Assembly (NCBI GenBank): GCA_944321335.1
Contig: CALUKX010000006.1
Span: forward strand, 7,166-71,165
Length of the DNA stretch: 64,000 nt
Source: an uncultured Phocaeicola sp.
GTDB taxonomy: Bacteria; Bacteroidota; Bacteroidia; Bacteroidales; Bacteroidaceae
Reading direction: 5' to 3'
Below are positions 57,239 to 64,000 of the stretch, one piece after another (the first letter of the stretch is position 1; the number at the start of each line of letters is the position of its first letter). A program made the position numbers and the translations under genes. A model generated the notes under the pieces. It searched no databases and was not told where the DNA came from. It saw nothing but the letters and a program-made list of their open reading frames with translations.

Positions 57239-58597
57239 ATGAAGAATCGAGTAGCTGCAACATTCATATTGACTTTATTGGTCGCTTTGGGGCTGGTTGC
57301 CATGTATTTTTTGCCGCCATTGTCGGTGGGGGGAGAGAAACTCCGGAAGGTGGATATCATGGCCGATTTGCGTCCGGACTATGAGGAACCGCTTGATTCG
57401 GATTCCATTCTTTTACCTGCTCCTGTAAAACCGGCCTTCATTGATTCCTGTAAGGAAGGAATGGTCTGCATCGAAGATTATTCCGATTCCACTTCACGAG
57501 GTATGGACCATTTCTATGAGGTGTTGGGCAAGATCGATTCGATTGACCGGCCGGTACGGATTGCCTATTTCGGCGATTCGTTTATCGAAGGTGATATCCT
57601 TACCGGTGCTTTGCGTGATCTGTTGCAGGATCGGTTCGGAGGTTGTGGGGTAGGTTATGTACCTATCACTTCGCAGATAGCCGGGTTCCGGACTACCGTA
57701 CGTCATTCTTTCGGCGGATGGGACAGCCACAGTATAACCGATTCCGTTTATTTCAACCGTTCCCGTCAGGACTTGTCGAATCATTACTTTATTCCGGGAG
57801 CCGGTTCTTATGTAACCTTAGGAGCGGCAAAAGGAGATAGTTGTCATACGTCCACTATCTATTTTCAAGCAAAAGATTCCGTACATTTATCGGCTTATAT
57901 TAACGGAAGCGGTACTCCGGTCGAGTTTGCTATCCGTGGTAACAATGTCTTGCAGAGTGTGACGGCTACGGGTAATATCAAACGGATCAGATGGCGAGTC
58001 GGCCGATTGGATTCCACTTCTGTCTTCTACGCATCGACGATGGACCCGAAAAAAGGTGTCGTACTCGACAATTTCAGTACCCGAGGCTGCAGCGGTATGC
58101 AGCTCCGTAGTGTTCCGATGTCGATTTTACGTGGCTATCAACGGATGCGTACCTACGATCTGATTGTCTTGCAGTATGGATTGAATGTGGCTTCTGACAA
58201 AGTTTCCGACTATACTTATTATAAAAATTCTATGGTAGCGGTCATCGAACATCTGAAAGAGGCTTTTCCCGAAGCTTCTATCCTTGTTGTCAGTGTAGGC
58301 GACCGCGATGAAAAGACTGAAACGGGCGAACTGAAGACCATGCGGGGCGTAAAGAATCTGATCCGATATCAGCAGGCTATTGCTGCAGAATCGAATGTAG
58401 CTTTCTGGAATCTGTTCGAAGCGATGGGAGGAGAAGGAAGTATGGCCGAACTGGTTCACAGCAAACCTTCGATGGCGAATTACGATTATACACACATCAA
58501 TGCAAGAGGAGGAGATCATCTGGCAAAGATTATGTTCGATGTATTGGTGTATGGAAAAGAACAATATGAGAAACGAAAAGCATATGAGGCAGAATAG
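57239..58597 (+). CDS. Membrane-anchored SGNH/GDSL protein (PatB/AlgX-like O-acetyltransferase or esterase)
   Basis: GDSF block I, YGLN block III, and DYTH block V. Confidence 0.82.
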   Translation: MKNRVAATFILTLLVALGLVAMYFLPPLSVGGEKLRKVDIMADLRPDYEEPLDSDSILLPAPVKPAFIDSCKEGMVCIEDYSDSTSRGMDHFYEVLGKIDSIDRPVRIAYFGDSFIEGDILTGALRDLLQDRFGGCGVGYVPITSQIAGFRTTVRHSFGGWDSHSITDSVYFNRSRQDLSNHYFIPGAGSYVTLGAAKGDSCHTSTIYFQAKDSVHLSAYINGSGTPVEFAIRGNNVLQSVTATGNIKRIRWRVGRLDSTSVFYASTMDPKKGVVLDNFSTRGCSGMQLRSVPMSILRGYQRMRTYDLIVLQYGLNVASDKVSDYTYYKNSMVAVIEHLKEAFPEASILVVSVGDRDEKTETGELKTMRGVKNLIRYQQAIAAESNVAFWNLFEAMGGEGSMAELVHSKPSMANYDYTHINARGGDHLAKIMFDVLVYGKEQYEKRKAYEAE

Positions 58598-59570
58598 AAA
58601 TCGAAATACGGTTATTTGTCACTTCTTCCGGTTGGCGATGGTTGTAGGTCTGGTGCTTGCAGCTTCTTGTGCCAATGCGCAGGATGCGATTCCTGAAACG
58701 GCAATACCCGACCAACATTCCATTCCTGCCTACAGCAGTAACGAGATCAAGCATCTGATGAAATTTGTTCCGATCGACAATCCCATGCCGTCGTCATTCC
58801 GTGAAACTGCAGAGAATGTCATTCAGGATCCGACAGGTTCATTGAACCCTTTTTGGGCTAAACTGACGATGCTCGACCGCCCGTTGCGCATTGTCCATAT
58901 AGGCGATTCACATGTGCGGGGCCATGTATTCCCCTATGTAATGCGTCTGTGTCTGGAAGACGATTTCGGAGGAAGGGCAGTAGAACAGACTCCGGTTACC
59001 TATCAGACTTCCGGAATAGCTACCGAAACAGGAGAGAACGGAATCGTATATCATATGTTGGGCGTGAATGGCGCAACCTACAGATCCTTTGCTACACCCG
59101 AACGGCTTGATGAGATTGCTTCGTTATGTCCTGATCTTATAATCATTTCGTTCGGAACGAACGAGGCTCATGCCCGCAACTATGATGCATACCAACATCT
59201 GTCGGCAATGAAATACCTGGTAAATACTCTCAAGAAGAGTTGTCCCAATACCGTTTTTCTGTTGACTACTCCACCGGGTGCATATGTGAGGGTAGGCCGT
59301 AGGGGGCGTACCATCAATCCTCGTACCCCCTCGGTTGTAGCCAACGAACTCAAATTCGCCCGTGAAAACGATTTGGCTGTGTGGAATATGTACGATATCG
59401 TCGGAGGAAAGAAACGTGCCTGCCTTAATTGGAGCGCAGCCGACTATTTTAAGAAAGACAAGATCCATTTCACGCTCGATGGATATAAAATACAAGGATT
59501 GTTATTACATGAAGCATTCATAAAAGCATACAACCGTTATGTGGGAGATAGACTGGCACAAGCTAACTGA
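58584..59570 (+). CDS. Exported SGNH/GDSL esterase (Ape/PatB-like)
   Basis: GDSH, GVNGA, FGTNE and DKIH motifs; start chosen at MRQNRN but uncertain. Confidence 0.8.
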   Translation: MRQNRNRNTVICHFFRLAMVVGLVLAASCANAQDAIPETAIPDQHSIPAYSSNEIKHLMKFVPIDNPMPSSFRETAENVIQDPTGSLNPFWAKLTMLDRPLRIVHIGDSHVRGHVFPYVMRLCLEDDFGGRAVEQTPVTYQTSGIATETGENGIVYHMLGVNGATYRSFATPERLDEIASLCPDLIIISFGTNEAHARNYDAYQHLSAMKYLVNTLKKSCPNTVFLLTTPPGAYVRVGRRGRTINPRTPSVVANELKFARENDLAVWNMYDIVGGKKRACLNWSAADYFKKDKIHFTLDGYKIQGLLLHEAFIKAYNRYVGDRLAQAN

Positions 59571-61020
59571 TATATTGACTTATGACCCGAAGCAGCCGAT
59601 GATTTTCAGCAGCGGATTGTTTCTGTTCCTCTTCCTGGGGTTCAGCTTCATTTATATGCTGTTGCAGAAACGTACAACGGCGCGTCTGCTCTTCGTAACT
59701 GTCTTTTCCTATTACTTTTATTATAAGAGCAGCGGTTTCTATTTCTTTCTGCTCGGTATCGTGACGGTGTGCGACTTTTTTCTGGCGGCACGTATGGCCC
59801 GTACAGAAACACATTGGAAGCGGAAGCTGCTGGTGGTGTTGAGCCTTTGTATCAATTTGGGATTGTTGTGTTATTTCAAATATACCAACTTCTTCTACGA
59901 GATGCTTGCACCGCTTTGGCACGGCACATTCTCTCCGTTGGATATCTTCCTGCCTGTGGGTATCTCCTTCTTTACCTTCCAGTCGCTAAGCTATACCATC
60001 GATGTCTATCGCCGTCAACTTGAGCCGCTTTCCAATCTGTTGGATTATGCATTCTATGTATCCTTCTTCCCGCAGCTGGTAGCCGGCCCGATTGTCCGTG
60101 CCCGTGATTTCATCCCTCAGATACGTCAGCCCCTTTTCGTATCGAACGAAATGTTCGGTCAGGGCATCTTCTTTATCGTAAGCGGATTGTTCAAGAAGGC
60201 AGTCATCTCCGATTATATCAGTGTGAATTTTGTAGAACGGATTTTCGACAATCCCGGACTTTATTCCGGATTGGAGAACTTGTTTGGAATTTACGGATAT
60301 GCCTTGCAGATCTATTGCGATTTCTCCGGATACAGCGATATGGCCATCGGTATCGCCTTGTTGTTGGGATTCAAGTTCCCCATCAACTTCAATTCGCCTT
60401 ACAAATCGGATAGCGTGACCGATTTCTGGCACCGTTGGCACATCTCCTTGTCCACTTGGTTGAGGGATTACCTTTATATATCGTTGGGAGGTAATCGTAA
60501 AGGCAAGCTGCGTACCTATATCAATCTGATCCTGACGATGTTGTTGGGCGGTTTGTGGCACGGTGCATCATGGAACTTTATCGTTTGGGGAGCTTTGCAC
60601 GGCATTGCTCTGGCTGTACATAAGTTTTTCCGTAACCTGTTACATCGCCCGAAAACCTATTCTAGTGCAGGAATAAAGAAATTCTTTGCGGTACTGCTTA
60701 CCTTCCATTTCGTATGTTTCTGTTGGGTATTCTTCCGTAACAGTACTTTCGAAGCTTCCACAATTATGCTTCGCCAGATTTTTACTGATTTCCATCCCGA
60801 ACTGTTCATGCAGCTTGTAACCGGATATTGGAAAGTCTTTGTGTTGATGGGTATCGGGTTCATACTCCATTGGTGTCCCGACAAATGGCAGGACGCTTGC
60901 AGCCGTGGAATGATAAAGACCCCGCTGGTTGGGCAGGCCTTGATTCTTATAGCGCTTATCTTTTTGGTTATCCAGATAAAAAGCAGCGATATCCAGCCGT
61001 TTATCTATTTCCAGTTCTAG
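59539..61020 (+). CDS. MBOAT family O-acyltransferase (AlgI/PatA-like)
   Basis: LPVGISFFTFQ, FFPQLVAGPI, DFSGYSD, FWHRWHISLS, GLWHGA and terminal FIYFQF. Confidence 0.93.
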   Translation: MWEIDWHKLTDILTYDPKQPMIFSSGLFLFLFLGFSFIYMLLQKRTTARLLFVTVFSYYFYYKSSGFYFFLLGIVTVCDFFLAARMARTETHWKRKLLVVLSLCINLGLLCYFKYTNFFYEMLAPLWHGTFSPLDIFLPVGISFFTFQSLSYTIDVYRRQLEPLSNLLDYAFYVSFFPQLVAGPIVRARDFIPQIRQPLFVSNEMFGQGIFFIVSGLFKKAVISDYISVNFVERIFDNPGLYSGLENLFGIYGYALQIYCDFSGYSDMAIGIALLLGFKFPINFNSPYKSDSVTDFWHRWHISLSTWLRDYLYISLGGNRKGKLRTYINLILTMLLGGLWHGASWNFIVWGALHGIALAVHKFFRNLLHRPKTYSSAGIKKFFAVLLTFHFVCFCWVFFRNSTFEASTIMLRQIFTDFHPELFMQLVTGYWKVFVLMGIGFILHWCPDKWQDACSRGMIKTPLVGQALILIALIFLVIQIKSSDIQPFIYFQF

Positions 61021-61192
61021 ACGGGAATGATGGGCATATTGTTCTCCTGTCCGATGCATATTTAATGTGGAATGACTCAAATGTCTTTATTTTGTTGAGA
61101 AACATCGTGTAATTAAGAAAAAAGTACTACTTTTGTGCTGCATATAGTGACAAGATGTTTGATATTAAACAATTTTCCCCCATTTTGTTTTA

Positions 61193-62851
61193 TTGATGAA
61201 GTCTATGAGACGAATTTTTCTTTTTATACTTACCTTATGCCTTACTTGGATTGTCCAGGCTAAGGTCGTCAATCCGGAAGACGCTAAAATAGTTGGCTTG
61301 AAATTGATGAAACTGAAAGTTGCAGGTTTTAGCGGTTCCGTCAAAAGCATTTCCTACTTGGATGAAGCAAAAACGGTTTATATTCTGAACTTTTCTCCTC
61401 AAGGGTGGATGATGCTGTCTTCGGATGATAGTTCAGAACCTTTGTTGGGCTATTCGGCTAAAGGTCATTTGCCACAAAATCAGGAAATACCGGATAACAT
61501 GAAAGGGTGGTTGGATGTTTATAGTAAGCAGATAACCTCAATTGCAAGGAAGAATCTGCCGGCATTGAAACAATGGAATCCGGATTTTCATCAGCCCGCT
61601 TCTCGAGCAATCGGTTCTCCCATAGATAATTTGATTGTTCATGATTGGGATCAGGATTATCCATACAATGCTTATTGTCCCAAGGATGGATCCAAACGGA
61701 CTTTGGTCGGCTGCGTTGCTGTAGCTATGGGACAGGCTATGACTGTAACCCGTCATCCGGCACGTCCTGTAGGTTACCATTCGTCTGTCTATGGTCAGAA
61801 AATTGATTATGATAATGAAGAACCCTATGATTGGAACAAGATATTGGATGGTACACAAGATAATTATAAGGAAGTAGCCCGTTTCTTGTATCATTTGGGA
61901 GTTTCGGTTGATATGCAGTACGGTGTTGACGGTTCCGGAACCTATGCCAATCTGATACCTGCGGCGCTGCAGAAGAATTTCTCTTATCCTGAAACAGTCA
62001 GGTTTTATTGGAAGGATTCATACAGAGGTGATTGGACCCAACTCTTGATCAATGAATTGGGGGCAGGCCGTCCTATCATCTATTGTGGTGTCGACGTTAA
62101 GGAGAATTCCGGCCATTGCTTTAATTTCGATGGCTATGATGGCGATGGCATGTTTCATGTGAATTGGGGTTGGAGTGGATATGGGAATGGATATTTCCGT
62201 GTTGAAAATTTACGTGATGAACTTCAGGGAATGGATTTCACGGCGCAGCAGGGAGCAGTGGTCGGTATTATGCCTCCCAATGACTTGCCTCAGAATATCG
62301 TATTGTCCAATAATACGGTCGAATCCGGAAAGCCTGCCGATTTGTTGGTGGGAGAATTGAGTGTCGTATCTTCGGCACCGAGCCATACTTTTACTTATGA
62401 TGTAAGAGGAAAATATAATAAATCGACAAAAAGCTATGAGGAGATACCGTTTAAGGTTGTCGGTAATAAACTGTATACCACCAAATCGTTGGATGCCGGC
62501 CTGGGAATTGTAGAGGTAGAGGTCATCGCTACCGATGTTGATCTGAATGCATCTATTGCCCAAGGTTTCAAGATCTCGGTTACTGGAAATGCCGATGCTC
62601 TGACAGCTTTGGATGAGGTCACTTCCCTGTCTTATAATAAAAATACGGGAATATTGACATTAAAGAGTGTAGAGGGAGTTTCCTATACTATTACATCCGA
62701 AAATGGTGTTGTCGTTGCACAAGGCTCTTTCTCTACCGGTAGCATTGGAATTGAGGTGGCCGACTGGTCTGGCCGATATCTGGTACATCTTGAAAAAGAT
62801 GAAGCTGTCAAGGATTTCTCCATTGTTTTAAAATCTAAAGTGATGAAGTGA
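61193..62851 (+). CDS. C10 family (streptopain-like) cysteine protease with prodomain and C-terminal Ig/cadherin-like domains
   Basis: WDQ, GCVAVAMGQ (Cys), GHCF..DGY (His) and HVNWGW motifs; N-terminal inhibitor-like prodomain. Confidence 0.9.
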   Translation: MMKSMRRIFLFILTLCLTWIVQAKVVNPEDAKIVGLKLMKLKVAGFSGSVKSISYLDEAKTVYILNFSPQGWMMLSSDDSSEPLLGYSAKGHLPQNQEIPDNMKGWLDVYSKQITSIARKNLPALKQWNPDFHQPASRAIGSPIDNLIVHDWDQDYPYNAYCPKDGSKRTLVGCVAVAMGQAMTVTRHPARPVGYHSSVYGQKIDYDNEEPYDWNKILDGTQDNYKEVARFLYHLGVSVDMQYGVDGSGTYANLIPAALQKNFSYPETVRFYWKDSYRGDWTQLLINELGAGRPIIYCGVDVKENSGHCFNFDGYDGDGMFHVNWGWSGYGNGYFRVENLRDELQGMDFTAQQGAVVGIMPPNDLPQNIVLSNNTVESGKPADLLVGELSVVSSAPSHTFTYDVRGKYNKSTKSYEEIPFKVVGNKLYTTKSLDAGLGIVEVEVIATDVDLNASIAQGFKISVTGNADALTALDEVTSLSYNKNTGILTLKSVEGVSYTITSENGVVVAQGSFSTGSIGIEVADWSGRYLVHLEKDEAVKDFSIVLKSKVMK

Positions 62852-63984
62852 TGAAACATATAAATTACCTATTCCTGCTAGCTGTTATCTGCAGTATTTT
62901 GTCGTATGGTTGTAGTAGTTCTGACAATGAGGTCGTCGAAGAAATTCCATCAGACGAAACTGTAGTGTCTTTTACAACCAGTGTATATACACGTGCTGTC
63001 GTTACCGAATTGAAAGACGGTGATGAAATGAATATGTATGCCAAAGAATACAGGACCTTAACTTCTTCCGACATTGTTTCCGGGCAATTAAAGGCGGTCG
63101 GTAAAGGAGGAGTTTGGTATTCTGAACCGAAAATTGTTCTGGAGTCCGGCGACAAGGCTTTTATATATGCCTTTTATCCTTATGATAAGGCAAATGTCAA
63201 TCCTGAAGCAATTCCTGTAGATGCGGGTAGGCAGATAGATTATTTGTATTCGGGTGAAGGAGAACTGGTGTCTTACCAAAAGCCGCAGACAAAGTTGACC
63301 ATGTCGCATGCATTGTCTGTTTTTTCTTTCAATATCCGAAAAAGTAATTACAGTGGCAAAGGAGTACTGCAGGAAATCAGAATCGAGGGTGATGATTATG
63401 CGGTGCAGGGAACATTGAATGTACGGACTGGAGAAATAACGAAAGGTGAAAACGGCAAGCTGGTTATCAAATGCGAAAAGACGGTGTCGTCTGGAGGATG
63501 GACAGATGATTTGCCGCAGGCCTTTACATTGCCCGCTTCTTCCAATGGGAAGAATCTGAAATTTATATTTAAGGTTGATGGTCGGGAGTCGGTTGTGGTA
63601 CTTCCGGTGCTGGAGTTTGAAAGTGGAATGAAATATGTATTCCGCTTGGGCTTGACCGACAATAATATGACTTTATTTGCTGATCAGATTGAATCGGTGT
63701 CCTTGAATATCGACAAGGATAAGATGCCGGTAGAAGGGGAAGCTAGTATAATTGGAGTCGGTTTCAACGGACAGAATTTCGTTTTACCTGAAATGTCTGG
63801 CGACGGAATGACTCCCGGTATGGTAAATTGGGGAGATGGTAATACCGAAATTTATACCGTAAACGGTGAACACCGTTATAGTGAATATAAGGAATATAAT
63901 ATTGAAATAGAAAACTGGAAGACAGAAGAAATAACATTCTCTAATCTGAAAGGTATTGAAACGATTGATTTGAGCGGATTTTAA
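62848..63984 (+). CDS. Fimbrillin (Mfa-like) lipoprotein with PKD-like C-terminus
   Basis: Lipobox SYGC, TRA processing motif, YAFYPY, DYLY, MSHALS; VNWGDG PKD-like motif. Confidence 0.8.
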   Translation: MMKHINYLFLLAVICSILSYGCSSSDNEVVEEIPSDETVVSFTTSVYTRAVVTELKDGDEMNMYAKEYRTLTSSDIVSGQLKAVGKGGVWYSEPKIVLESGDKAFIYAFYPYDKANVNPEAIPVDAGRQIDYLYSGEGELVSYQKPQTKLTMSHALSVFSFNIRKSNYSGKGVLQEIRIEGDDYAVQGTLNVRTGEITKGENGKLVIKCEKTVSSGGWTDDLPQAFTLPASSNGKNLKFIFKVDGRESVVVLPVLEFESGMKYVFRLGLTDNNMTLFADQIESVSLNIDKDKMPVEGEASIIGVGFNGQNFVLPEMSGDGMTPGMVNWGDGNTEIYTVNGEHRYSEYKEYNIEIENWKTEEITFSNLKGIETIDLSGF

Positions 63985-64000
63985 GAATCCTGAGCAATCG

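Overview
Mostly core chromosome of a Bacteroidales bacterium, probably Bacteroidaceae. The lineage call rests on TAnnTTTG -7 promoter boxes, Bacteroidetes-type lipoproteins, gldH and fimbrillins. From left to right: a sensor kinase cut by the window edge, MATE, M16 peptidase, cyclophilin, PiT phosphate transporter, purH, mreBCD-mrdA-rodA, gldH-ricT-holB-metF-cls, a repeat-rich intergenic patch plus an orphan exported protein at the 3' side of tRNA-Pro(GGG), an HD/small alarmone hydrolase-like gene, aroB, an OM barrel, a TonB-like protein, a TolC-HlyD-2xABC-permease operon without ATPase, S41 protease, fimbrillin, two glutamate dehydrogenases around a receiver-domain/ATP-grasp dikinase-like protein, maeB, an RND pump operon with a divergent lpxA paralog and TetR, an SGNH-SGNH-MBOAT O-acylation cluster, a C10 protease and a fimbrillin. 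I saw no integrase, transposase, cas or reverse transcriptase gene. Best leads: (1) the REC-REC-ATP-grasp-His-swivel protein next to gdh, a possible dikinase-derived phosphosignalling system; (2) the LpxA paralog that keeps its catalytic His-Asp but has lost UDP-GlcNAc contacts, inside an RND operon whose pump carries two extra predicted TM helices; (3) a ~60-bp-period GTGAAAG/TTTCAC palindromic array and two 22-bp-period arrays. All calls come from reading motifs by eye; no database search was run.
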